From an uncultured delta proteobacterium (GTDB lineage: Bacteria > Desulfobacterota > Desulfuromonadia > Desulfuromonadales > BM103), in NCBI GenBank assembly GCA_963715335.1, contig CAVQRZ010000025.1, forward strand, positions 64,001-128,000: a DNA stretch of 64,000 nt. Reading direction: 5' to 3'. The notes under the pieces were generated by a model that worked only from the letters and a program-made list of their open reading frames with translations, was not told the DNA's origin and did no database searches. Below, one piece after another: positions 9,396 to 18,693 of the stretch (position 1 is the stretch's first letter; each line of letters starts with the position of its first letter). The translations under genes and the position numbers were made by a program.

Positions 9396-10979
9396 ATGCC
9401 CCTTCTGCTCCGTGACATACCCCTTGATATTTCTGCAGACGAGAGCTCTCTGCCAAGTGAAGTAGCGAGTATTCTAGGTGTTGAGGCTTTGCAGATAAGA
9501 GCTTTAAAGGTGGTGCGCCGCTCTATAGATGCCCGTAAAAAGAGCCGGATTCGCAGAATTTTCACTGTTGAATTTTCATGTGAAAATGAATCTGATTTAC
9601 TAAAGAATTCTTCGTGTGATCGTCTCGAAGGCCTCCCTGCACTCCCCGACACTCCCTCGCCAAGGATTACTGCTAGACAACACGTTCTGGTGGTCGGCAT
9701 GGGACCGGCCGGTCTGTTTGCCGCAAAAGGCCTCATCGAATCAGGGGCGCAGGTAACGCTGGTTGATCGGGGCAGACCGGTTGAGCAGCGCGTGAAAGAT
9801 GTGGAAAAATTCTGGAGCCTTGGCGTCTTTGACGCTGTCAGCAACGTCCAATTCGGTGAAGGCGGCGCCGGAACCTTTTCTGACGGCAAGTTGACGACGC
9901 GCCTGAATCATCCTCGCAGGCGGGCAGTTCTTGAAAGTCTGGTCGAATTCGGCGCACCGGGTGAAATCCTGGTTGAAGCACGGCCCCATGTTGGCACAGA
10001 TCGTTTGCGCAAGGTTGTCATCAATTTTCGTGAGTATCTGATCAGCAAGGGTGTCGATATCCGTTTTGAAACCTGCCTGACAGGTTTTGAGACGCACCAG
10101 GGCAGAATTGTCGGTGGTGTATTGAATGAAAACCAGCTGATTGCTTGTGATGCCCTGGTCCTCGCTCCCGGACACAGTGCACGCGATACCTACCAGATGC
10201 TGGATCGCAACGCTGTGCATCTTGAAGCCAAAGGTTTTGCGATCGGTGTTCGCGTCGAACATCCCTCACACTTGATAAACCATATCCAGTACGGCAAATT
10301 CGCCAATCAGCTTCCCGCAGCAGATTATGCCCTCCGTTATAATGATGATGAGACTGGGCGTGGTGTATATTCTTTCTGCATGTGCCCTGGGGGGGAAGTC
10401 ATTAATGCGGCCTCGGAACAGGACGGTCTGGTGGTGAACGGCATGAGTCGGATGTCACGAACCGGAGCATACTCGAACAGCGCTCTGGTGGTGTCTGTGC
10501 GACCGGAAGATTGGGGCGGGGCAACGCTTGGCGGCATGCGATTCCAGCAGCAATGGGAACGCAAGGCCTTCTTGCTGGCCGGGAAAAATTTTCTGGCACC
10601 GGCGCAGAATGTGATGAGCTTTTGCGGCCTCGGCAGCGGGTCGGTCGCCTCCAGCTGTCGTCCCGGTGTGATTGAAACAGAACTTCGTGAAGTTCTCCCG
10701 GATTTCGTGTACCATGGACTGAACCGGGCCCTGCCTCATTTCGATCGAAAAATGAGGGGGTTTATTACTGAAGAAGCTGTGCTGATCGGTGTGGAAACCA
10801 GGACATCCTCGCCCCTGCGCATAACTCGCAACGAGTCAGGTGCTTCGGTCAGCCACGCCGGCTTATTCCCAGCAGGTGAAGGGGCCGGTTATGCCGGTGG
10901 CATTATGAGTGCGGCTTTTGACGGTTTGCGCGCGGCGGACCAGGTTGTGCTGTCTGTATTGAAACAGGAGTTGTCTTGA
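9396..10979 (+). CDS. NAD(P)/FAD-dependent oxidoreductase (COG2509-like)
   Basis: GMGPAG, QFGEGGAGTFSDGKL, FCMCPGG and GEGAGYAGGIMSAA motifs. Confidence 0.9.
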   Translation: MPLLLRDIPLDISADESSLPSEVASILGVEALQIRALKVVRRSIDARKKSRIRRIFTVEFSCENESDLLKNSSCDRLEGLPALPDTPSPRITARQHVLVVGMGPAGLFAAKGLIESGAQVTLVDRGRPVEQRVKDVEKFWSLGVFDAVSNVQFGEGGAGTFSDGKLTTRLNHPRRRAVLESLVEFGAPGEILVEARPHVGTDRLRKVVINFREYLISKGVDIRFETCLTGFETHQGRIVGGVLNENQLIACDALVLAPGHSARDTYQMLDRNAVHLEAKGFAIGVRVEHPSHLINHIQYGKFANQLPAADYALRYNDDETGRGVYSFCMCPGGEVINAASEQDGLVVNGMSRMSRTGAYSNSALVVSVRPEDWGGATLGGMRFQQQWERKAFLLAGKNFLAPAQNVMSFCGLGSGSVASSCRPGVIETELREVLPDFVYHGLNRALPHFDRKMRGFITEEAVLIGVETRTSSPLRITRNESGASVSHAGLFPAGEGAGYAGGIMSAAFDGLRAADQVVLSVLKQELS

Positions 10980-12109
10980 AGAAAGTTTATGTAAAAAACA
11001 TAGTGGAGCGTGACCAGATAGAAGCACCGTTCCTGGTCAGGAACAAGACCCTCGGCATGGCCAAGAACGGCAAGCCGTATATGACTCTCAGGCTGATGGA
11101 CTGCACAGGTGAAGTCGAGGGGCGCATCTGGGACAGGGTCGATGAATTCTCCGCCAGGTTTAACCGGGATGATTTTGTCCGGGTGTCAGGAAAAGCCAGC
11201 CTCTACCTGGGGAAAATGCAGCTGGTTATTCAGGAGCTGAATCGTCTCGATGAATCAGAGATTGACCTCGCCGACTTCCTGCCTGTATCAGCTCGTCAGG
11301 TTGACGAAATGGTCGGTGAATTAAAATCCGTGATCGATGCACTGGCAGACCCGGACCTGAAAAAAATGATGGAGAAATTCCTGGCCGATCCTGGTTTCAT
11401 GGCAGGCTATACGAGGGCTCCGGCTGCGAAAGCCATGCATCATGCCTACCTTGGCGGCTTGCTTGAGCACTCTTTGGCCGTTGCCAGCCTTGCCGCTGAC
11501 ATCTGCCAGCGCTATCCGGACCTGAACCGCGATCTCCTGGTTGTAAGTGCCCTGTTGCATGACATTGGCAAGATCGCCGAGTTACGTTACCAGCGTTCTT
11601 TCGAATATACAGATGCAGGCAAACTGCTTGGCCATATTGTTATTGGCGTTGAAATGGTGGAAGAAAAATTGCGTCACCTGGAAAGCTTCCCGCTCACGTT
11701 GGCCGTTCACCTCAAACATCTCCTGTTGTCACACCATGGACAATATGAATACGGCTCTCCGAAACGGCCGAAAACCATGGAAGCCGTTATCCTGAGCTTT
11801 CTGGATGACCTGGATTCCAAGATTAACGGCATCCGCACTCATATTGATCGTGAACCAGACAGTGATTCGACCTGGACGCAATATCACAAACATTATGACC
11901 GATATTTCTTCAAGGGTGCCCTGGAGGCAGTGCCATCGGGTAAAATTGATCTCGGGCAAGCTGAAGTGAATGCCGAAGCCTCTGCCGTGGAGTTCAAAAA
12001 GACACCCGGGCAGCCGCGTTCACGGTTCAGCAATAACCTCGGTGAGCAATTAAAGAACAAGGACTTTAACCTCCTCGCAGGAGACAGCCAGGACAAGAAT
12101 AATGAGTGA
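10976..12109 (+). CDS. YhaM/Cbf-family 3'-5' exoribonuclease (OB-fold + HD)
   Basis: N-terminal OB-fold (GKPYMTLRLMD.TG); PAA..MHHAY.GGLLEH, LHDIGK and SHHG..EYGSP motifs. Confidence 0.9.
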   Translation: MKKVYVKNIVERDQIEAPFLVRNKTLGMAKNGKPYMTLRLMDCTGEVEGRIWDRVDEFSARFNRDDFVRVSGKASLYLGKMQLVIQELNRLDESEIDLADFLPVSARQVDEMVGELKSVIDALADPDLKKMMEKFLADPGFMAGYTRAPAAKAMHHAYLGGLLEHSLAVASLAADICQRYPDLNRDLLVVSALLHDIGKIAELRYQRSFEYTDAGKLLGHIVIGVEMVEEKLRHLESFPLTLAVHLKHLLLSHHGQYEYGSPKRPKTMEAVILSFLDDLDSKINGIRTHIDREPDSDSTWTQYHKHYDRYFFKGALEAVPSGKIDLGQAEVNAEASAVEFKKTPGQPRSRFSNNLGEQLKNKDFNLLAGDSQDKNNE

Positions 12110-12749
12110 AAAACTTGCCATACATCAGTTGAGCGTCGGGCCGCTGCAGGTTAACTGCTTTGTTGTCTCCTGCACTAAAACCGGCGAGACGATGATCGTC
12201 GATCCCGGTGAAGAGGGGGAAAGAATCCTGTATTTTACCGAGAAAGAAAGCTTGAATATTCGCAAAGTTGTCAATACCCATGGACATTTTGATCATATTG
12301 GTGCCAATCGGAAAGTAGTTGAAAGCTCTGGCGCTGAATTGATGATCCATGCTGGGGACCTGCCATTTCTGCAGAATGCCAGGAGCCATGCCGAAGTTTA
12401 CGGCTTGTCTGTTGCCGCCTCACCGGAACCGGATCGGCTGCTTGAACAGGGAGATACTTTTCAGGTCGGAGAACTTTCCTTCAGCGTGCTTCATGTACCG
12501 GGACATTCTCCAGGCGGCATCTGCCTTTTCGGTGAGGGACACCTGTTCGTCGGTGACGTTCTTTTCTCCGGATCGATAGGTAGGACAGATCTGCCGGGTG
12601 GCGATTTTGACTCACTGGTCAAAGGTGTTCGCGAGCGTCTGTTCGCTTTGCCTGACGAGACAATTGTCCACCCTGGCCACGGTCCGGATACCACGATCGG
12701 TCGTGAGCGGCAGATGAACCCTTTTGTCGGTGATGCCGCATTTCTTTAA
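12102..12749 (+). CDS. MBL-fold metallo-hydrolase (glyoxalase II/YcbL-like)
   Basis: THGHFDH, PGHSPG, GDVLF, GRTDLPGG and PGHG motifs. Confidence 0.92.
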   Translation: MSEKLAIHQLSVGPLQVNCFVVSCTKTGETMIVDPGEEGERILYFTEKESLNIRKVVNTHGHFDHIGANRKVVESSGAELMIHAGDLPFLQNARSHAEVYGLSVAASPEPDRLLEQGDTFQVGELSFSVLHVPGHSPGGICLFGEGHLFVGDVLFSGSIGRTDLPGGDFDSLVKGVRERLFALPDETIVHPGHGPDTTIGRERQMNPFVGDAAFL

Positions 12750-12766
12750 GTTGACTGGAGAAGGTC

Positions 12767-13966
12767 GTGCTGCAAGGTAAATCTGTCATATTGGGCGTAA
12801 CCGGAGGCATTGCAGTCTACAAGGCTGTCGAGTTGTTGCGCCTGATGGTCAAGGCCGGCGCTGATGTTAACGTGATCATGACGCGCAGTGCCCAGGAATT
12901 TGTGACTCCGTTGACATTCCAGACCCTGTCCGGAAACCCTGTTCACACGGAATTGTTCAATCTCATCCAGGAACAGGAGATCGGTCATATCTCTTTGGCT
13001 GACAGCGCCGATCTTGTGTTGATTGCTCCCGCTACGGCCAATTTTGTCGGTAAGGTAGCAAACGGCATTGCTGACGACCTGCTCTCCACAACGGTTATGG
13101 CAACCAAGGCAAAGGTCCTCTTCGTCCCGGCGATGAATACCAATATGTGGGAGAACCCGCTCTACCGGGAGAACCAGAAACATCTCGAAGAGCTGGGTTA
13201 CCATTTCGTTGAACCGGTCTATGGTGACTTGGCCTGCGGCTGGCAGGGCCAGGGCAAGATGCCGGATCCCCAGGTTGTTTTCAATTCGGTCCATGCCCTC
13301 GTCGGCAGTAGGGACTTCGTCGGCAAGACGTTTCTGGTGACTGCCGGGCCGACACGTGAAGAGCTTGATCCAGTCCGCTTTCTCAGCAACTATTCGTCCG
13401 GCAAGATGGGTTTCGCGATTGCCGGTGCAGCACGCGATCGTGGGGCCAGGGTTATTCTGATTTCGGGGCCGGTCAATCTGCATGACCCAAAGGGTGTTGA
13501 GACGATTCACGTCACCAGTGCACAAGAGATGTATCGGCAGGTAATGGACAAGGTCTCTGAGGCCGATGTCATCATCAAGGCAGCTGCTGTTGCTGATTTC
13601 CGACCGGTGGAACGGAGCGCGCAGAAAACCAAGAAAGGTGATACCGAAACCATGGCGATCGAGTTGCAACGCAATCCGGACATTCTGGCCGAACTCGGTC
13701 GGCAGAAAGGCTCACGCATCCTGGTCGGCTTCGCTGCCGAAACCGAAGGCCTGCTGCAACATGCCCGTGAAAAGTTGCAGAAAAAGAACCTGGATATGAT
13801 TGTTGCAAACGATGTGACCCAGGACGGAGCGGGCTTTGATGGCGAAACGAATATCGTCCGTTTGCTGATGTCGGATGGCCAGGTGGAAGAGTTGCCCCTG
13901 ATGACCAAGGTCGAGGTGGCGGAAAGCCTGCTTGACAGGATTGTGAAACTGATACCGAAAAGTTGA
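12767..13966 (+). CDS. coaBC: Phosphopantothenoylcysteine decarboxylase/ligase
   Basis: GVTGGIAVYK, PATAN, PAMN, LACG, TAGPTRE.LDPVR.LSN.SSGKMG and GFAAET motifs. Confidence 0.97.
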   Translation: MLQGKSVILGVTGGIAVYKAVELLRLMVKAGADVNVIMTRSAQEFVTPLTFQTLSGNPVHTELFNLIQEQEIGHISLADSADLVLIAPATANFVGKVANGIADDLLSTTVMATKAKVLFVPAMNTNMWENPLYRENQKHLEELGYHFVEPVYGDLACGWQGQGKMPDPQVVFNSVHALVGSRDFVGKTFLVTAGPTREELDPVRFLSNYSSGKMGFAIAGAARDRGARVILISGPVNLHDPKGVETIHVTSAQEMYRQVMDKVSEADVIIKAAAVADFRPVERSAQKTKKGDTETMAIELQRNPDILAELGRQKGSRILVGFAAETEGLLQHAREKLQKKNLDMIVANDVTQDGAGFDGETNIVRLLMSDGQVEELPLMTKVEVAESLLDRIVKLIPKS

Positions 13967-13972
13967 TCCGGA

Positions 13973-14893
13973 TCAGGCTGCGGAGAGCAGGGTCAGGAGG
14001 TCCTCCGGCTGACAGATCCCTTCCTTGAACCTGATTTTGATGACTGCAATCATCTCGTCGGCGTCTTGGTCGCGTAGCTTGCCATCAAGCCAGAGAGTGT
14101 TCAGGTTCTTGCGGATCATGTTGGCTGAATTCAGGGCACGCTCTCCGGTCGGATCGGCGTTCCGGTAGGGGCTGTTCTCCGGGTCCTGCAAAAAACTCAA
14201 GGTCGCTTCAGTGGTCAGCCCCAGGTACTCTTTCTGATCTTCTGCCGTAATCGCCCACTTCGATGTATTGGCCAGTGAACGCAGAACCTTTTGATACTGC
14301 TGCAGACGGTTCAGAAGCAGAAGTGAATTAAACAGCTTTTTGTTGGTTCCGAAGGAAAAGATTGTGTCAGCCAGGATATTGCGCATGAGCTTGTCGTTGT
14401 CGGTAAAGTCTTTGCGCCCGATCGATCTGGCCAGCGGCCAAACTTCCGGAGCCACGTGGGCTTCAAAGCGCATTTCCCAGTAGGCGTGTTTGAGTAGCAT
14501 CGTGTTGTAGGTGCGGATCAGATTGTAAGGCACGAAGTAAGAATGAGCCACGGTGTCGGAGGCAAGGTGACTCAGGTAGCCATAGGCACATGCCCGCTGG
14601 CTGTCAGTTGCAGCCTTGTTGAGGATTTTGAGGCCCATCCGCCACGAGTGACAGTGCTTGAGATAATGGGTGTATTTTTTACCCAGAGTGATGTCGGCGC
14701 TGATACAGCCGTACAGATAGTCTTTCGGATGTGCCGCGAGTATGGCGCGAAGAGCTTCCGGAAGCTGGGCCAGGTTGTCGAGAATCCAGGTGCCGGTCTG
14801 CAGATGAACGCCGATCCCCCAGGCCAGGGCATCGGACGGGAAAAGCAGCATGACAAGGACACATGTCAAGGTAGCAGAGAACAACCATTTCAT
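13973..14893 (-). CDS. Secreted zinc-dependent phospholipase C / P1-nuclease superfamily protein
   Basis: Signal peptide ending ALA; mature N-terminus WGIGVH; G..SAD, HCHSW and GYLSHLASD..AH motifs; start trimmed to ATG 14893, which follows AAAGGA. Confidence 0.8.
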   Translation of the reverse strand: MKWLFSATLTCVLVMLLFPSDALAWGIGVHLQTGTWILDNLAQLPEALRAILAAHPKDYLYGCISADITLGKKYTHYLKHCHSWRMGLKILNKAATDSQRACAYGYLSHLASDTVAHSYFVPYNLIRTYNTMLLKHAYWEMRFEAHVAPEVWPLARSIGRKDFTDNDKLMRNILADTIFSFGTNKKLFNSLLLLNRLQQYQKVLRSLANTSKWAITAEDQKEYLGLTTEATLSFLQDPENSPYRNADPTGERALNSANMIRKNLNTLWLDGKLRDQDADEMIAVIKIRFKEGICQPEDLLTLLSAA

Positions 14894-14955
14894 CGGATAA
14901 TTGTACCGTCCTTTCATTGAATAATATACTTTCTGCGGGAGTTTTGTCAGTAAAT

Positions 14956-15669
14956 ATGCCTGAGCAGTTATTAAATGATATTCGCACGGCCCTGGCTTCA
15001 GCCCGCAGCCAACTCGAGTACCTCGCCGATCTCGGTGTGGAGAACCTGCGCACGGCTGCGAGCAATGCCGATCTGCCACAGGATACGGACACGAGCACCA
15101 GCCTGGGCGAAACACTCGATGCCATTCGGACTGATCTGGGAGATTGCCAGCGCTGTGGGCTCGGAGCCTCTCGTCATAAGCTGGTTTACGGCGTCGGCAA
15201 TCCGAATGCGCGTCTGGTTCTGGTTGGCGAAGCCCCGGGTCGTGAGGAAGACCAGAAGGGCGAGCCTTTTGTTGGTGAGGCGGGGCGGCTGCTCGACAGG
15301 ATTCTGCAGGCAATGGGTATGCGGCGCGATGACGTCTATATCTGCAACGTCCTGAAATGCCGTCCACCGGACAATCGGGATCCGCAACCTGATGAAGTGG
15401 CAACCTGTGAAGCCTTTCTGATCCGTCAAATAGCAGCAATTAAGCCGCAGGTGATCATAGGCCTTGGTCGATTTGCCGTACACAGCTTATTGAAGAGCAA
15501 GGTTCCAATCAGCAGGATCAGGGGCGAATGGCAAAGCTACCATGGCACTCCGCTGATGCCCACCTATCATCCGGCCTATCTGTTGCGCAATCCGGAGGGC
15601 AAGCGAGACGTCTGGGAAGATATGAAAGCAGTCCTGCGCCGTCTGACCGACGAGACAAATACTAGATGA
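14956..15669 (+). CDS. Uracil-DNA glycosylase family 4 (Fe-S)
   Basis: CQRC.L, GEAPG, PFVG.AG, NVLKCRPP.NR and TYHPAYLLR motifs. Confidence 0.93.
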   Translation: MPEQLLNDIRTALASARSQLEYLADLGVENLRTAASNADLPQDTDTSTSLGETLDAIRTDLGDCQRCGLGASRHKLVYGVGNPNARLVLVGEAPGREEDQKGEPFVGEAGRLLDRILQAMGMRRDDVYICNVLKCRPPDNRDPQPDEVATCEAFLIRQIAAIKPQVIIGLGRFAVHSLLKSKVPISRIRGEWQSYHGTPLMPTYHPAYLLRNPEGKRDVWEDMKAVLRRLTDETNTR

Positions 15670-16439
15670 ACTCCCGGGAGTTGCTCAAGGCAGAGGAGGT
15701 GACAGTGAGCCGGATTGGTGATGATGGCGCCCCCGAACCTGTCCTGCAAAAAACAACTCTTGGTGTGACCTCCGGTGAAATACTCACGGTGGTCGGGCCC
15801 TCTGGCAGCGGCAAGAGCACGCTGTTGCGGCTGTTTAATCGTTTGCTGGAGCCTGACAGCGGTCAGATCACGTTGTCTGGCGTGGATATCAGGACCTTCC
15901 CCCCGCCGGTGTTGCGCGCACAGATTCCCCTGGTTGCCCAGAAGCCCTATCTTTTCGCCGGCACGGTCAAAGACAATCTGTTGGCATCGGCGAGATTGCG
16001 GCGGGTTGCAGCGCCAAACCTACAGTCACCAGAGATCAAAACGCTGATAGAGATGTGCAGGATCGAGCCCTCCTGGCTGGATCGAGATGCTCGCAAGCTT
16101 TCGGTCGGTCAGCAACAGAGGATTTGTCTGTTGCGTGCCCTGATTGGCCCCTGTCAGGCGTTGTTGCTTGACGAACCGACCAGTGCTCTTGACCGTCAGA
16201 CCGGCGCTCTGATGGCGCAAACCTTCAAACTACTGGCCAGAGAAAATGGCCTGGCCATAATTCTCGTGACTCACGATCTGCAGATCGCCGAGATTTGTGC
16301 AGACCGGATTGCCTTGATGATAGGCGGTTCAGTTATCGAAGCTGGCCCTGTTGCCCAAGTCCTGAATGACCCGAAAGTCGAAGCCTCTCGCCAGTTCCTT
16401 TCAGCAACCGTGACTGATAACAGGGGCGTTGCGACATGA
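15666..16439 (+). CDS. ABC transporter ATP-binding subunit (FetA/YbbL-like)
   Basis: GPSGSGKST, LSVGQQQR and LLLDEPTSALD; adjacent to a fetB-like permease. Confidence 0.88.
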   Translation: MNSRELLKAEEVTVSRIGDDGAPEPVLQKTTLGVTSGEILTVVGPSGSGKSTLLRLFNRLLEPDSGQITLSGVDIRTFPPPVLRAQIPLVAQKPYLFAGTVKDNLLASARLRRVAAPNLQSPEIKTLIEMCRIEPSWLDRDARKLSVGQQQRICLLRALIGPCQALLLDEPTSALDRQTGALMAQTFKLLARENGLAIILVTHDLQIAEICADRIALMIGGSVIEAGPVAQVLNDPKVEASRQFLSATVTDNRGVAT

Positions 16440-17218
16440 ATCCGACGATTATCGATCTCAGCCTCTGGGACCTGGTGACCGTTTATAGCCTGTTGCTGAT
16501 GAGTATCGGTCTGGCCCACCTGCTCCGGGCCGGGCAGGGCAGGGATCTCTTCTGGTCAGGTCTGCGCATGTTTGTGCAACTGATGGTCGTTGGTTACGTC
16601 CTGCATCTGGTCTTTGCCCTGGAATCTGCATTGCCGGTTCTCCTGCTTCTGATTGTCATGACCGGATTCGCTGTCCAGACGATCGGGGCCAGGGTCGAAG
16701 CAAAGATGCCGAACTTCTATCGGGTGGTTGGCGGTGCGATGCTGTTCGGCTGTGGCGGAATGACATTCTTCTTCTGCACCCTGGTGATCGGGCTCGATCC
16801 GTGGTATGACCCACGCTACCTGATTCCGCTGGCCGGTATGGTGATCGGCAATTCCATGACCGGTGCGAGTCTGGCTGCCGAACGGTTGGTCGCCGAGTTC
16901 CGGGAACGACGAGAGGAGATCGAGACCGCCCTCTGTCTGGGCAGCAGTGTGAAGCTGGCGGCTGAACCGGCAGTCAGAAGCGCCTTCCGGGCAGCTCTGA
17001 TCCCTTCAGTCAACGCAATGGCCGCTATGGGGCTGGTGTTTCTTCCCGGTATGATGACAGGCCAGATTCTATCGGGGACCGAGCCTTTGATTGCTGTCAA
17101 GTACCAGATCGCCATCATGTGTGTCATCACCGGCAGCGTGGCCCTGACCACCTTCATAATCCTGCGGTTCGGTTACCGGTCCTATTTCACCCCTTACCAA
17201 AGTTTGCGTGAAGATTGA
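16436..17218 (+). CDS. fetB: FetB/YbbM (UPF0014) ABC permease
   Basis: R..VQL..VGYVL, Y.IP.AGM.IGNSM and GLV.LPGMMTGQILSG..P..AV.YQ motifs. Confidence 0.85.
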   Translation: MNPTIIDLSLWDLVTVYSLLLMSIGLAHLLRAGQGRDLFWSGLRMFVQLMVVGYVLHLVFALESALPVLLLLIVMTGFAVQTIGARVEAKMPNFYRVVGGAMLFGCGGMTFFFCTLVIGLDPWYDPRYLIPLAGMVIGNSMTGASLAAERLVAEFRERREEIETALCLGSSVKLAAEPAVRSAFRAALIPSVNAMAAMGLVFLPGMMTGQILSGTEPLIAVKYQIAIMCVITGSVALTTFIILRFGYRSYFTPYQSLRED

Positions 17219-17248
17219 TCTGCAAAGAGACAACAAGGAGTCAAGCTG

Positions 17249-17707
17249 ATGCGACGAAAAGACAAAGCCATGCAGGAAGGTGATATCATCGATCTGTTGC
17301 GAACCGGGGAATATGGCGTACTGTCAACGGCCGATGGGGAGAGACGCCCCTACGGAGTACCGTTGAATTATGTGTTTATGAACAGCTGCATCTATTTTCA
17401 CTGCGCGCTGGAAGGACATAAACTCGATAACCTTGCCGCAAACCATAACGTTTCCTTTTGTGTGGTCGGTCGGACCAATCTGCTGCCTGCAGAATTCAGT
17501 ACGGAATTTGAGAGCGTTATCGTCTTCGGCCGTGCTGCAGTTGTCGACGGCGAGGAAAGATATCAGGCTTTGAAAGGGCTGATTGCGAAATACTCCCCGG
17601 AGTTTGTCGCCGAGGGCGGTGCCTACATAAAAAAGTTTGACAGTCAGACTCGTGTGGTCAAGGTCGAGATCGAGCGTATGACAGGTAAAGCCAAATTGTC
17701 TGGATAG
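17249..17707 (+). CDS. Pyridoxamine 5'-phosphate oxidase-like (NimA/NimC) flavin-binding protein
   Basis: MRRKD, PYGVPLNY, IYFHCA.EGHK, VSFCVV and ESVIVFG motifs. Confidence 0.87.
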   Translation: MRRKDKAMQEGDIIDLLRTGEYGVLSTADGERRPYGVPLNYVFMNSCIYFHCALEGHKLDNLAANHNVSFCVVGRTNLLPAEFSTEFESVIVFGRAAVVDGEERYQALKGLIAKYSPEFVAEGGAYIKKFDSQTRVVKVEIERMTGKAKLSG

Positions 17708-17822
17708 GTTCGTATTGGCAACGGCCAAGAAGATTGAAAATTTCGGTATCCTTTGCACTGGAAAATGAACGGCCTGGTAAATCAATACCAGGCCGTTTGA
17801 TGTTCGGAGCCTATCGCGCGAG

Positions 17823-18647
17823 CTACTTTTTCTTTGTTGCACTGTCAGGAAGTGGCACCTGGTGCAGGTGAACGTCGCGTTGCGGGTAAGGAATTCCGAT
17901 TCCTTCAGCATCGAAGCAGGTCTTGATCTCTGCCTGCAGATCGAAATAGACGCCCCAGTAATCGGTAGAATTGACCCAGGGCCGAACGGCAAAGTTGACA
18001 CTGTTGTCGGCCAGCTCGAGGACGCCGATCGTCGGTTCCGGATCCTTGAGAATACGTGCCTCACTGGAGAGTATGTTCTGCAGCACCTTCTTTACGTGAC
18101 TCAGATCAGCGTCGTAGCTGACGCCAATTACCAGGTCGACACGCCGGGTCGGCTTGGTTGAATAGTTGATGATGTTGTCGCCGAGCAGCTTGCCGTTGGG
18201 GACGAATATCGTCTTGTTGTCGGCGGTTTTCAACTGGGTTGAGAAGATGTTGAGAGTCTCAACTATCCCGAGAACACCCGCTGCCTCGATAAAATCGCCC
18301 GCCTTGAACTGTTTAAAGATAAGAATCATGACGCCAGCGGCGAAATTGCCCAGAGAATCCTTCAGGGCGAGGCCGATCGCGAGACCCGCAGCACCGACGA
18401 TGGCGACCAGGGAAGTGGTCTGGATGCCCAGCTGGTTCAATGCCGCAATGAAGGCGATCGTAACAATAAAAGCATTGACCAGGTTGCCGACAAAACCGGT
18501 CAGGGCCTGATCGACATCATGGCGCTCCATAAGACCCTTGACCAGGTGGGCAAGCATTTTGGCTCCCCAGAAACCGGCCGCAAGAATGATGATGGCGTAG
18601 ACAATGCTGCCCAGTATGGACGCTGAAAACGATGGATCCTGCATCAT
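17823..18647 (-). CDS. mscS: Small-conductance mechanosensitive channel
   Basis: LGIQTTSLVA..GAAGLAIGLAL...NFAAG, FKAGD, VPNG and GIPYPQRDVH motifs; ATG 18647 follows GGAGG. Confidence 0.92.
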   Translation of the reverse strand: MMQDPSFSASILGSIVYAIIILAAGFWGAKMLAHLVKGLMERHDVDQALTGFVGNLVNAFIVTIAFIAALNQLGIQTTSLVAIVGAAGLAIGLALKDSLGNFAAGVMILIFKQFKAGDFIEAAGVLGIVETLNIFSTQLKTADNKTIFVPNGKLLGDNIINYSTKPTRRVDLVIGVSYDADLSHVKKVLQNILSSEARILKDPEPTIGVLELADNSVNFAVRPWVNSTDYWGVYFDLQAEIKTCFDAEGIGIPYPQRDVHLHQVPLPDSATKKK

Positions 18648-18693
18648 GTTGCCCTCCAGATAGTTGATTTGAATTGCTGTGATACGCTCATTA

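Noticed and set aside
14894..15439. N-terminal extension of the 488-aa minus-strand ORF (13973-15439)
   Set aside because: It overlaps the well-supported UDG gene on the opposite strand. The signal peptide and SD place the true start at 14893.
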